A DNA stretch of 64,000 nt from Spirochaetia bacterium (GCA_965203905.1 CBDBDQ010000005.1:7680001-7744000); one strand, 5' to 3'; numbered from the stretch's first letter, positions 49,603 to 60,572 are shown. Notes: generated by a model from the sequence alone, not told the origin. Translations and numbers: made by a program.

Positions 49603-49910
49603 CCGGTAGGATAGCTTCACACTTTACGCCCCCGTCGCTTCTCCGCCTACGCCATCGTCACCGCAACCGGTACTCCCTCACCCCGCCCTTGGGCGCGCAA
49701 CGCAATACCTGGCCTTACACCAGGCGGCGACTTGGCCCAACTCGAACGCCCCGTGCATCGGCTTCGCTGACCGGCCAGGTCACGCCCATCCTGCGCACGC
49801 CGCTCAGAAAGTGAGCCATTTGCCGCTTAGAAATTGACCCACCCCCGGCAGGCGAACCCTCCGGGTGATAGTTTGGTGTTGCTGAACATCAAACTGAACC
49901 GGAGAGAAGG

Positions 49911-51374
49911 ATGCTGGGGATGGATCGCGTATACGTTATCAGACACAAGTGGCACCAAGAAGGGCTGTCGATCCGCCAGATAGCCCGTGACCTGGAGATA
50001 AGCCGGAACACGGTGCGCAAGTACATCGACGATGCCGGCGGGCCGCGGCAGCCGGCGCGGTCGAAGCGGGCGCGGCCGGTGCTGGAGAAGGTACACGAGC
50101 GGATCGACGAGATCCTGGAGGAGTGGAGTACGCGCACCACCGACAAGCAGCGCGTCACCGGGACGCTGGTGCATCGCCAACTCCGCGAGGAGGGGTACGA
50201 GGTGGGCAGCACGACGGTGCGCTCCTACTTGGCGGAGCGGCGCCGGAAGCGGCAGGAAGTGTTTGTGCCGCTGATCTGGCGTCCCGGCGACGCGGCGCAG
50301 GTGGACTTCTTCGAGGTCACCGTCGAGGTCGCGGGGGAGCGGCAGAAGGCGTGGTTGTTCGTGGTGCACCTGATGTACTCGGGGCGCGACTTCGCGTGGC
50401 TGTACGAGCGCTGCAACCAGATCGCGTTTCTGGACGGCCATGTGCGCGCCTTCGAGCACTTCGGCGGGGTGTCGGTGCGCTGCATCTACGACAATCTCAA
50501 GGCGGCGGTGAAACGGAGGCTGGGGGTGGAACGGGAACTGAGCGCTCGGTTCCTGGCGTTGTGCTCGCACTACCTGTTCGAGCCGTGCTTCGCGCGCCCA
50601 GGCGAGGGGCATGACAAGGGCGGGGTGGAAGCGCGCGGCAAGAACGTGCGCCTGCAGCACCTGACGCCGATTCCCGGTGGCCCATCGTTGGATGCGATCG
50701 CGACCGAACTGCTGGAGCACCTGGACGCGGCCTGCGACACGCGCGCTGACCAGGACGGTCGCACCGTGGCACAGCGTTTCAGCGAGGAGCGCCCCTTGTT
50801 GCGCCCGCTGCCGCAGCGATCATTCGAGGCCCGCCAGGTCGAGCCGGTGGCGGTGAGCCGCCAGGCGCTGGTGCGGGTGGACGGCGCGCGCTACTCGGTG
50901 CCCAGTCACTGGAGCGGCAGCCAGGCGACCGCCTACGTGGGGGTGGCGGACATCATCCTGGAGTGGCGCCAGGAACGGATCACGGTCGCCAAGCAGCCGC
51001 GCGGCACGCGCGCGGTCCAGTATCGGCACTATCTGGACGAGTTGGCGAAGAAACCGCAGGCGGTGCGCCAGGTGGCACCCGAGCTGATGGAGGAGCTTGG
51101 TACTCCCTACGTGCGGCTGTGGAAGCTGCTGTCTTCCCGCTACGGCGAGCTGGATGCCGCGCGGGTCGTCGCCAAGCTGGTCGGCGCCATCGTCGACCAT
51201 GGCGAGCAACGGATCAGTGAGATCCTCGAGCAGATACTCGCCGCGCCACCGCCCGTGGCGACCGAGGACAACCCGCCGCCGGCCACGGTGCCGGTGCCGG
51301 TCGCCCTGCAGCGCTATCAGGTGGAGTCGACTCCTGCATCGGCCTACAACGTCCTGATGGTGAGGGAGGACTGA
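49911..51374 (+). CDS. istA: IS21 transposase IstA
   Basis: [42 protein letters not shown]. Confidence 0.93.
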   Translation: MLGMDRVYVIRHKWHQEGLSIRQIARDLEISRNTVRKYIDDAGGPRQPARSKRARPVLEKVHERIDEILEEWSTRTTDKQRVTGTLVHRQLREEGYEVGSTTVRSYLAERRRKRQEVFVPLIWRPGDAAQVDFFEVTVEVAGERQKAWLFVVHLMYSGRDFAWLYERCNQIAFLDGHVRAFEHFGGVSVRCIYDNLKAAVKRRLGVERELSARFLALCSHYLFEPCFARPGEGHDKGGVEARGKNVRLQHLTPIPGGPSLDAIATELLEHLDAACDTRADQDGRTVAQRFSEERPLLRPLPQRSFEARQVEPVAVSRQALVRVDGARYSVPSHWSGSQATAYVGVADIILEWRQERITVAKQPRGTRAVQYRHYLDELAKKPQAVRQVAPELMEELGTPYVRLWKLLSSRYGELDAARVVAKLVGAIVDHGEQRISEILEQILAAPPPVATEDNPPPATVPVPVALQRYQVESTPASAYNVLMVRED

Positions 51375-51375
51375 T

Positions 51376-52152
51376 ATGAGCGAACTGAACGATGCGCTGA
51401 TCGAAGAGCACTCCAAGACTCTCAAGCTGCCGGCGCTGCGACGTGAGTACGGTCAGCTCGCCCGCCAGGCGCGCGCCGAATCCTGGTCCTACGAGGAATA
51501 CCTGCGCGAGTTGTTGGACGGCGAGGTCCGCGCCCGCGAAGCCAGCACCACAGCACGCCGGCTGCGCGAAGCACGGTTCCCGGACCTCAAGACCCTCGGC
51601 CAGATCGACTGGACTGCCATGGAGGGCGTCTCCAAGCAGCAGATCCTCGAATTGGCAACCTGCCAGTTCGTCGAACAGCCCGCGGACGTGGTCATCGCCG
51701 GGCCGATCGGCACGGGCAAATCGCATCTCGCGATCGCCCTCGGCGTCGAAGCCGCCCAGCGGCGCTTCCGGGTGCTGTTCGTGAAAGCGGCCGACCTGGT
51801 CCGACAACTCCTGGAAGCCAGGGATGACCGCGAACTCGGTCGTCTCCAGCTCCGGTTGCGCCGAGTGAACCTGTTGATTATCGACGAGTTGGGGTTTGTC
51901 CCCTTTGACCGCGCCGGCGGCGAGCTGTTGTTCAACCTCGTCGCCGATCGCTACGAACGACGCTCGACCATCGTCACCACCAATCTCGCCTTCGGCGAGT
52001 GGGTCAGCGTGTTCGCCGATGAGAAGCTCACCACCGCGCTGTTGGACCGGCTCGGTCACCACGCACACATCATCACCACCAAGGGCCTCTCCTACCGCAC
52101 CGCTGCCCGGCGCCGCGGCGCCGCCAGCGAGGCCGAAGAGCCCGACAACTGA
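51376..52152 (+). CDS. istB: IS21 helper ATPase IstB
   Basis: [32 protein letters not shown]. Confidence 0.95.
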   Translation: MSELNDALIEEHSKTLKLPALRREYGQLARQARAESWSYEEYLRELLDGEVRAREASTTARRLREARFPDLKTLGQIDWTAMEGVSKQQILELATCQFVEQPADVVIAGPIGTGKSHLAIALGVEAAQRRFRVLFVKAADLVRQLLEARDDRELGRLQLRLRRVNLLIIDELGFVPFDRAGGELLFNLVADRYERRSTIVTTNLAFGEWVSVFADEKLTTALLDRLGHHAHIITTKGLSYRTAARRRGAASEAEEPDN

Positions 52153-52456
52153 TCCGTGGGGGCGGTGTGATGCCCGTGCGCACTGCATATCTGCATATCG
52201 ACGGCCGCCGCCAAGCGAGGTCGCTCTCAGCGGCCCTCCAAGGCCCCGCCGCGAGCCAAGGTGGAACTCCTACACCCCCGTGTTCTGCATAATCATGCAA
52301 CCAAAAACGAACTTATCCACATTTCCACAGGCACTCTCGACCCCTCCCCCAGACCCCCTCCCCATTTACCGCCGCCTCCGCTATAGTTCCTCTGCACTGC
52401 CGGGGTGGGTCAATTCCCGACCGGCATTCTGGCTCAATTCTCGAGCGGCGCGCGCA

Positions 52457-52617
52457 CATCCACAGCCGGCGCTCGTCGACCTGGTCGGCCGCGTTCCGGG
52501 CGCGCCTCCGGAACTGCCGCCGGCGCATGCACACCCGTGGCGCCACGGGTGGAGGGCCCGGTGCATCCGGCGTGACACCCCGGGAGGTGCCGGTCGGCCG
52601 CACATCCATGGGTCGGC
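52457..52617 (+). repeat. Non-coding repeat, left copy (begins at 49766-49791, split by IS21)
   Basis: Joined flanks match the reverse complement of 57892-57969 almost exactly; weaker similarity continues to 57738. Confidence 0.85.
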
Positions 52618-52770
52618 ACGGCGGTGGCGAAGCCAAAGGAGGCCGGCACCGGGGCGATCGAGCGGGAAGACATCTGGGGCCGATCCGTCGCACCTCGCCT
52701 TGCTGACCTGGCTGGACGGCCGCCCGGGCGCAGGCGCGTGCACACCTGCGCTGCCGCAGGCGGGCCTTCC

Positions 52771-53701
52771 TTAAACCGACCCGGCGGCTCCGGCACCGAG
52801 GCGACCACCGCCCCTCAACCTCGGATCAAGCAGGTCCCGCAGGGCGTCGCCGAACATGTTTAGACTGTAAACGGTAATAGTCAGGCAAAGACCCGGCCAG
52901 AGAGCCAGGTGTGGCGCCTGCTCCATGTATTTACGCCCTTCCCGGCTGAGCAGAGCTCCCCACTCAGCAATCTGGATTGGCAGACCGAATCCGAGGAAGC
53001 TCAGAGAAGCTATACTCAGGATTACGCCTCCGATGTTGATGCTGAATATGATGATTACGACAGGAATAATATTGGGCACGACATGTCGCACAAATATTCT
53101 CCATCTTGAGCTACCAATCGCCTCCGCCGCCTGAACATACACGTTCTCCTTTATGCCAATAACGGCGCCTCTGACTATTCTTGAGCCGCCGATGCCTCCG
53201 GCTATCCCCAGGACCAGTATCATCTGTGGCACACCCCGCCCCACCAGCGACATTATGGTTAACAACAGGAGCAGTCCCGGGAAACACATCCAGGCATCGA
53301 CCAATCTCTGCACAGCCAGGTCCGATTTACCACCAAGGAATCCTGAAGTGCCACCTATCAGGGTAGCGACGACAACATTAACACCGGTCGCGGCCAGACC
53401 GACAAGTAACGAAATACGAGCACCGTAGATAATGCGGCTCAAGAAGTCTCGCCCCAGCTGGTCGGTACCCAGCAGATACTGGGCTGATGAGCCCCTGCAG
53501 CATGTCGTACAGGTGCATTTCATCATATGGATAAGGAGCCAGAACATCGGCAAAGATAGCGACAAAAATCAATATCAATACAATAATCCCGCAGGCAGTA
53601 CCCAGTGGCTTCTCCTTCCACATCCTGGTAAAGAAATCAGCCACCGCGTTGCGTCTCTTTGGCTCGCTTACTGTTGATGGTATCCTTGTGATATCACTCA
53701 T
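52771..53701 (-). CDS. Opp/Dpp-type permease C; frameshift near 53495
   Basis: KPLGTACG, LGTDQLGRD, GDALRDLLDPR. Confidence 0.88.
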
Positions 53702-53719
53702 AATCCCGATTTTCCTCCT

Positions 53720-54718
53720 TTATCTATAACCGACCCTGGGGTCTATATAGGGATAAATCAGGTCGATCATTAGATTGGCCCCCATAACCACGACGGCGAA
53801 AAAGAGATTTACCCCGGAGACCACCGGGTAGTCTCTGCCTTCGAGGGCAACCACCATGAGACGACCCAACCCCGGAAGGTTGAATATGTTCTCCATGATG
53901 ACCGAACCACCTATCAGGATCGGCAACTGCAGGCCTATCAGGGTAACTATCGGGATGAGGGCATTTTTGACGGCGTGTCTGATTATGATTACCCGCTCCT
54001 TGAGGCCCTTAGACCAGGCGGTCCTGATATAGTCCTGCCTTAAGACCTCCAGCATCATGGTGCGCGTCAGCCGCATTGTTATCGCAGCCATGCCCGTCCC
54101 CAGAATCACGCTGGGAATGATGAACACCCCCAGATTCCCCAGCGGGTCTTCCGTGAAAGGAATCGGTTCCATTGGTGGCGTCCAGCCCCACCAGAGTGCC
54201 GGGTAGAGCATGACCATCAGTGCCAGCCAGAAGTTGGGAGTTGCCATGCCGATGATGGCGATGGAGCGCCCCAGGTAGTCGGCGGCGGTATCCTGGCGAA
54301 TCGCCGAGTAGATGCCGACTGGCAGGGCTATCAGCAGCCCGATTACGATTGCCATGAAACCAAGCTCAATGGTGATCGGCAATCTACCGAATATACTGTC
54401 CTCTACCGCCTCCTGGCGGTGATGCAGTGACCGGCCAAGGGTGCCCTGGAGGAGACCGTTGTAGCGGGACTCACCGGTAACCCAGTCAGGGGTCGGCAAC
54501 ACTCCTATCCAGCGTCCATACTGCACGTGCACAGGCACGTCCAATCCCAGCATATGCTCCAGCGCTTCACGGTCTACCTCACGACCCGTGACATCCTTAC
54601 CCAACATTGCGTCTATTGTATCGCCGGGGATGAAGCGGACGGAGAGAAAGACCAGGGTGCTCAATATAAACAAGGTGGGGACTATCAGCAATAACCGCCT
54701 GATAATATAGGCTCTCAT
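53720..54718 (-). CDS. Opp/Dpp-type permease B
   Basis: MRAYIIRRLL, QDYIRTAWSKGL, RDYP, DPRV. Confidence 0.92.
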   Translation of the reverse strand: MRAYIIRRLLLIVPTLFILSTLVFLSVRFIPGDTIDAMLGKDVTGREVDREALEHMLGLDVPVHVQYGRWIGVLPTPDWVTGESRYNGLLQGTLGRSLHHRQEAVEDSIFGRLPITIELGFMAIVIGLLIALPVGIYSAIRQDTAADYLGRSIAIIGMATPNFWLALMVMLYPALWWGWTPPMEPIPFTEDPLGNLGVFIIPSVILGTGMAAITMRLTRTMMLEVLRQDYIRTAWSKGLKERVIIIRHAVKNALIPIVTLIGLQLPILIGGSVIMENIFNLPGLGRLMVVALEGRDYPVVSGVNLFFAVVVMGANLMIDLIYPYIDPRVGYR

Positions 54719-54879
54719 GTCACACTACTCCTTGTCATTGCGGCGAAGAACCTGCCCCGGAATGGATCCGGGGCCGCAATCCAGAGTAATTTCAAATGGT
54801 GCGTTTTCTGTATTCGGAACCGGGAGGCTGTCGCCTGCAGGCGCGCCTCCCGGTTCCCTTTTTCCCCTGAGATCAGCCG

Positions 54880-56662
54880 CTAATGACCCATTGCTTCCTT
54901 CAGCTCACTATCAATCCAGAGGAAGGTAAAGAGGGTATGCACTTCAAAGCCGCCCAAGCGATTTTCTCCGTTATAGCCTATGAGCCAGGGCTGGGCCAAA
55001 TGAAACACTGGACTCTTTGGACCCCATATCTGGAAGTGGTTCTCTATCGCGTACATATCTGCCTCTGCAATCAGCCTCTGCTGCTCCTCAATGGTAGGAG
55101 CGGCTAGGGCGGCTTCAATGATGGCGTCCAACTCAGGCCACTGGTGTCCGCCGCGGTTCCACTGTGCGTTCGAGTGATACCGGCCTACAAACATGGCAGG
55201 GTCATAAGCGGCGCCCGCAATGGCACTGATCATGCCTTCATAATTACGCGAGAATAGCCTCTCGTGATATTCGGGGTTGTCCAGTGCATCAATCTCAACA
55301 TCGACGCCAATCTCAGCCCAGTAGGAGGCAGCTATTTCTGCATATTCTAAGGTTGCCCAAGCCCCGTAAGTCAATGAGGTCTTGAATCTAGTGTCGTCGG
55401 CGCCGCGCGGATATCCAGCCGCATCAAGGAGCTTCTCGGCTGCTTCCGGGTCATACCTGTAGTATTGCTTGACCTCTTCGGGCCACTCTTCAAATGGGAT
55501 GTAATACCCTTTATTCGCTATCCGTCCCATAGGTGTCGCATCTGCCTGACCCTTCCAGAGCGTGGCCGCAATGGTCTCGTTGTCCAGCGCCATCTGCATT
55601 GCGCGGACCACGTTGATGTCGTTAAAGGGCGGCACGCGATGGTTAGGAGCAAAAGAATCACTCGACCGAGACCAAAGCGTGTGCACCGCGATTTCGGGGT
55701 TGGTCCGCTGCAGGCTCATTACCGAGTTCATATCAGTAACCCACTCTTTGAGATCAATCTTGCCTGAGCGTAGTGCTGCCATGGTTGTTGCTTCCTCTGG
55801 AATAATCAGGACCCTGTGCTCGTCGACGTATGGCAAGCGGTTCTGCGGGTATTTTGGGTCGAAGCCCCAGTAGTCAGGATTCTTGGTATAGGTCCTAGAG
55901 CTGCCCAACACCCACTCAGTCAGCATAAAGGGCCCGGTGCCGACCAGGTTCCTCCAGTCCATATCGACGCCATGTTGCTCGATTACCTCGGGGGGCATTA
56001 TGTAAGCAAAGTCGTCGAGGAGGATAAGCCCCAGCGCAGGGAGGTATGGCTTCGCCAGCTTAATAACAACCGTCGATTTGTCGGTGGCCGTTACCGATTC
56101 CCATGGTATTGCGATGAGTGCGGCGGCGGGACCAAAGGCGCTAGGTCCTGCTTCGGAGAACTTGCCCAGACCCAACATACGGTGAAAGCTGTATTCGACA
56201 TCATCGGCGGTCATCTCCCGACCGTTCATCGGCGCCTTATTATGCCATTGAACGCCCTTGCGGATGTGGAATGTATAGGTGAGGCCGTCCGGGGAAACAT
56301 CCCACTTTTCAGCCAGCCTCCCTGTCACGAAAGACACAGGGAGGAACGATTTTAAAGTCATGTACGTCTCTATCTACTCCCCAGTTGCCGATACCAAGCT
56401 TCTCTACGACGCCCGAGATGGTTAGGGACGAGTACCCGACATAGGGGTCAGCAGGGAAATCCTGAGGACTTGGTACGGCCTTGGTTATTGTCCCGCCATA
56501 CTGTGGCGCCGTTACCATCATGCCGGTGGTCGGGTCGAGCACCATTTCCTTCTCGGCGGCGGACGCCGGCTCCTCCTCGCTGGCAGCGCCGGCCCACAGG
56601 CCGGTTGCGGTCAGGTTGAGGACCAACGCAACCGCGAAGGTCCTTGCAAGAAATATCTTCAT
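54880..56662 (-). CDS. Family-5 SBP; frameshift near 56340-56370
   Basis: Signal peptide and PQYGGT in ORF 56309-56662; LAEKW, TADDV, VGTGPF in ORF 54880-56361. Confidence 0.88.
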
Positions 56663-57312
56663 CGTTTCTTCCTTGAATGTTATTTCGAGAGTATTGCATT
56701 GCGGGTTGCCGCTCCGGCTACTCTGACGCCCGCAACGCGGGCGCGCCCGCCAAGGCGGGCCACCGGTCTGAGTCGATTTGTGACGCGCGCAGCGTGTGAC
56801 TCATCCGGGTTCACCCCGGGCTCACGCCGCGCGCGCCCAGGGCTCTTTGAGTATCATTCGAGCCTCCTTCTTCTCTAGATCTACGTCGGGATCTGCGTTA
56901 CAACGCCACGCGTGGCGGTGGTCTGAGCAGCAGTGAGTCTGAATGGCCGCCAACGCAGGCGGTGGGTTTTGCGCGCAGTTAGTAGCAGGCGGGGATCCGG
57001 CACCGTTGCAGTCGACCGGAAGGGTGCGGGCGGTCTTAATGCCGGTTCGGCGATGGACCGAGCCGGCACCACCGATAGCTGCAGCGGTGGTGAAGGCGAC
57101 GGTGTGCGCGGGGGCACGTACGCGGCGATCAGACGGAACGGTTAATTGTTGCTCTAATAAAGAATTGCCCGCGGGGGGGAGGGGGGGGGGGGGGGGATGC
57201 ACCGGTCGCTTCACAGCGAACCGGTCACTGCGCTGCCTATCATCATGGCGCGTCATCGGCATCCGTCGCCCCAAGCCAGACATGGTAGCGTGGGCGCGAC
57301 CACCCTGTCAAC
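56663..57312 (-). repeat. Conserved long 5' leader of SBP gene, copy 2
   Basis: Colinear with 7205-7736, including poly-C tract, AT-rich patch and GC hairpin. Confidence 0.85.
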
Positions 57313-57734
57313 GACTCGGACGTCACCGACGTCACCGAATATGACCGGCCACCGGCCACTGCGCTGCCTGTCGTCATCGCGCGTCATCATCGATCCGTCG
57401 AACCCCAGGCGAGGCAAGCATGCTGTGGACGCGACCACCCTGTCAACGACTCCGAGGTCACCGAACGTCATCGCCAACCGACCACTGCGCTGACTGTCAT
57501 GATGGCGCTCCATCCGCGTCTGATCAACCCGAATCACCATCTTCCGCGGGCGACTCAGAAAAGTCAACGGCGATTCTAGCCTCGTGCACCTTGCCACGCC
57601 CGGCTCTGCGATCGGCTGAACTTGCGCGCCTCACCCCTAACCAGTCACTGCGCTGGCGGTCGTCGTGACGCGTCATCTGCATTCGCCGAACCCCTAACGG
57701 TGCTGTCTCTCGCGAGCGCGGCCACCCTGTCAAC
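57226..57734 (-). repeat. Array of four ~87-bp units (GTTGAC...ATG...CAGCGCAGTG) with unique spacers
   Basis: Plus-strand CACTGCGCTG at 57226, 57357, 57483, 57646; GTCAAC ending at 57312, 57447, 57568, 57734. Confidence 0.85.
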
Positions 57735-57737
57735 AGC

Positions 57738-57969
57738 GCCGACCCGTGGGTGCGCGGCCGACCCGCAGCCGGGGCGGTATCACGCCGGATGAACAGCGAC
57801 CTCCAGCCGTGGCGCCCACCCTGCCGCCACGGCTGGCATGTAGCTCCCGGCCCGCGACAGGGACATCGTGGGCTGGGAGCGGTTGTTGCTATTCCGGAGG
57901 CGCGCCCGGAACGCGGCCGATCAGGTCGACGAGCGCCGGCTGTGGATGGGCGTGACCTGGCCGGTCAGC
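57738..57969 (-). repeat. Non-coding repeat, right (uninterrupted) copy
   Basis: Contains the empty IS21 site CACGCCCATCCACAGCC with a single CATCC. Confidence 0.85.
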
Positions 57970-58509
57970 TCGAAGTGGCGCCTGGGCACCGCATTGTCGC
58001 CGCATCATCGGGCACCGCAGACCGACGGCGGGCAAACGCCAGCCAACCGCGAGCTGACGCGCGCGAGTCGATTGCCGGTCGGTGTGGTCGGAGCCAGGAT
58101 CGGGCGCACGCCGGTTGGGGGCCCCAAAAAAGAAAACCTTCGTCTCGTTCGCGTTGGCCACTGGGAGCTCGTGAAGGTCCCGATGGATCAAGCACCCTTT
58201 CTGCGCAGATGAATCTCGGGGACTGCTTCGAGCGCATCGGCCAGACGCCGGAGAAACGATAACGATAGATTGCGGTAATTGCCCGATTCGACTCGGGCGA
58301 TTGCGGGTTGAGATGTACCGACTCGTTCTGCGACCACTATTGATATTGCCGGTCAAGGAACCCCGCCGCGGCGTTGCGAGCGATAGGTCTCGGACTGCCT
58401 CCGGACTCACCCAGCTGGGGCGGAATGCTCAGCCGCGAGCGGCGGGCAGGCCACCGAGGTGAACGCTCGCCGGAACGGACGGCCCACTGCGGCATGGCCG
58501 TGGACCACG

Positions 58510-58615
58510 TGACACTTCCCGCCAGGTATTCGAGAACGTCGTAGACCGTGATGCGATCCCTCGAATGCACGGTCTGCCGAACGCGGGACCAGATCAACGA
58601 TTATGTGATCCAGGA
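58510..58615 (-). pseudogene. DUF433 remnant
   Basis: GRPCIRG and RITVYDVLEYLAG in shifted frames. Confidence 0.65.
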
Positions 58616-58639
58616 GATCCTGATGGCATCTCAGGATAT

Positions 58640-58837
58640 TTGAGATGGGGATTGGTGAACACGGCCACATGGGGGTCCCGTGTTGTCGGTCCAGGCCGAG
58701 ATCAGCTTCATGTTCCCCGGACGCCTTCACCTCGGCACCGCCAACACTGAGCAAAGTCTCCCGCTTCGAGCGAGCGTCACTCTTGCGGACGTCGCCCTCT
58801 AGGCGACCTCCTTTCCTCTCAAGGGGCCTTGGGGCAC
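58640..58837 (-). mobile_element. Possible group II intron 5' (domain I) remnant
   Basis: Starts GTGCCCCAAGGCCCCTT (shared with 38953 and 42932); several hairpins; GCGGGAGA...GAAGGC segment. Confidence 0.35.
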
Positions 58838-59027
58838 AGTTCAGCGCGGCAGGCACCTGGCCCGGCCACGTAACCTGCCGCACCCCACCACTCGGCGGCG
58901 AAGTCGGCGGGGTGCGCGGGGTTGCCGCTGCCGACGGCGAGGCCGATGGCTCCGCCGCTGGATAACTGACGCGCAGGCGACGCGCGGCGGTACGCTCGGC
59001 ACGCGGGGATCCGGCGATCGGGCCGGA

Positions 59028-59726
59028 CTACGCTGCGCGGCGGTAGATCCAGGCGTCCCAGGACAGGGTGTGGGCGGCGAAGATGCGACGGAATCCGGCG
59101 CTGGCGATGGCCGCGGCGGCGCGGTTCCAGTCGTGGTAGAAGGGGTGGAAGGAGCTGCGCAGCATCTTGAACACGGCGATGGCGAAGCGCCAAGTGGCTG
59201 CCACCAGCCAGTGGGAGCGCGGGACGACCACCGCGTAGAGGCGCTCGGTGCGTTGCAGCGATACCGCCAACAGGCGGTCCAGGTCGGGGTAGCAGCACAG
59301 CACCTTGTCCAGCACCACCAGCCCCGCGGGGGCCAGCTCCGCGGCGCGCTGCACGGCGTCTCCGACCAGAAACGCGGCCCGCCCGCCAAATCCTTCGCGT
59401 TCCGCCGCCGCCTGCGCTTCGGCGATCATGCCGGCGGCCACGTCGATGCCGACGGCATCGGCCGCGCCGGCGGCGAGCACGCGGCGCTGCAACTCGCCGG
59501 TGCCGCAGCCGATCTCCAGCACCGAAGCGCCGCCGACACCGGCCGCCTTCAGCCCGTCGAGTAGCTTGCGTTGCACGGCATCGAGCCCGCGGCGGCGGTA
59601 GCGGCGCGCCAGGCGCGTTGCCTCGCGAGAGAAGAAGCGGTCGGTGCCGGGACAGGGGCCGCCGCGCGAACGCTGCGAACGTCCCGCGCCTCCGACTCCG
59701 CCTCCAGCAGAGCAGCAGCACGCCAT
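59028..59726 (-). CDS. Class I SAM-dependent methyltransferase
   Basis: VLEIGCGTG, GIDVAAGMI, VVLDKVLCCYPD. Confidence 0.85.
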   Translation of the reverse strand: MACCCSAGGGVGGAGRSQRSRGGPCPGTDRFFSREATRLARRYRRRGLDAVQRKLLDGLKAAGVGGASVLEIGCGTGELQRRVLAAGAADAVGIDVAAGMIAEAQAAAEREGFGGRAAFLVGDAVQRAAELAPAGLVVLDKVLCCYPDLDRLLAVSLQRTERLYAVVVPRSHWLVAATWRFAIAVFKMLRSSFHPFYHDWNRAAAAIASAGFRRIFAAHTLSWDAWIYRRAA

Positions 59727-59771
59727 GCGCCCATTATGCTGCGTCTCGGCGGCCGCCGGAAGACCTGTTCG

Positions 59772-60572
59772 TCAGGCGGGGGTTTCCGGGAGCATCAGGC
59801 CGAAGCCGGCGCCCTGCGGGTCGTGCACGAAGGCGACCCGGCCTACCGTGGCGATATCCATCGCCGGCATGTGGACGCCGCCTCCCGCGGCGGTGACCGT
59901 TGCTACCGCGGCGTCCACGTCGGCGACCTGGAAGTAGACGCTCCAGTACGGCGGCACCTGCATCGCGCGCAGCTCGTCGGGCAGCGCCATGAGCCCGGCC
60001 GCCGGCATCCCCTCCGCCATCAGCACCGTGTATTCGACGCCGTGCTCCATGGTCTGACACTCGCTCTTCAGGCCGAGGAGATCGGTGTAGAAGGCGGCGG
60101 CGGCCGCGGGATCGGTCGTCATCAGCTCGCACCACGCCATGGCGCCGGGTTCGTACTTGACGCCGACGCCGATGTGGTTGCGCGGCTGCCACAGCGCGAC
60201 CACGGCACCGGTGGGATCGCTGAGCAGTGCCATGCGGCCCGACTCGAACACGTCGAACGGTTCCATCAACAGCGATCCGCCGAGCTCGCCGACACGGCCC
60301 GCGGTCACGTCGACATCCGCCACGGTCAGGTACACGTTCCAGCACGGGGGAATGCCCCTGCTCCGCTGCTCCTCCTGCTGTGTCTGGATGGCCGCGGCCG
60401 AGGAGCCGTCGAGGCTCGCCATGCTGTATACCTGCTGGCCCGCTTCGTCCATCGGCATGTCCTCGTAGCTCCAGCCGAACAGCTCGCCGTAGAACGACTT
60501 GGCCGCCGCCTGGTCGGTCGTGGCCAGGTCGACCCAGGAGGGCGTACCGGGTACGTGTCGTTCGAATTTCAT
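59772..60572 (-). CDS. Two-domain VOC/glyoxalase family protein
   Basis: PSWVDL, FYGELFGW, DPTGA, WCEL, DPQGA. Confidence 0.9.
   Translation of the reverse strand: MKFERHVPGTPSWVDLATTDQAAAKSFYGELFGWSYEDMPMDEAGQQVYSMASLDGSSAAAIQTQQEEQRSRGIPPCWNVYLTVADVDVTAGRVGELGGSLLMEPFDVFESGRMALLSDPTGAVVALWQPRNHIGVGVKYEPGAMAWCELMTTDPAAAAAFYTDLLGLKSECQTMEHGVEYTVLMAEGMPAAGLMALPDELRAMQVPPYWSVYFQVADVDAAVATVTAAGGGVHMPAMDIATVGRVAFVHDPQGAGFGLMLPETPA

Larger units (their letters stand above)
47934..49616 (-). mobile_element. IS110 family element
   Basis: Bounded by GCT core at 47931-47933 and 49614-49616; removing it restores a perfect 15-bp-stem palindrome. Confidence 0.88.
43712..49707 (-). mobile_element. Four-gene DDE transposon with TIRs and 5-bp target duplication; carries a nested IS110
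   Basis: TGTTGCGTTGCGCGCCC (43712-43728) vs reverse complement of 49691-49707, TATTGCGTTGCGCGCCC (16/17); CCTGG at 43707-43711 and 49708-49712. Confidence 0.88.
49792..52456 (+). mobile_element. Complete IS21 family insertion sequence
   Basis: TG...CA ends; ~59-bp imperfect TIRs with repeated TGAGCCA/TTGACCCA boxes; CATCC duplicated at 49787-49791 and 52457-52461. Confidence 0.93.

Noticed and set aside
43712-49707. CRISPR-associated or canonical Tn7 transposon
   Set aside because: No Cas effector, array, TnsA or recognisable TniQ motif
57226-57734. CRISPR array
   Set aside because: Units are ~87 bp and divergent, spacers are irregular, and no cas genes are present
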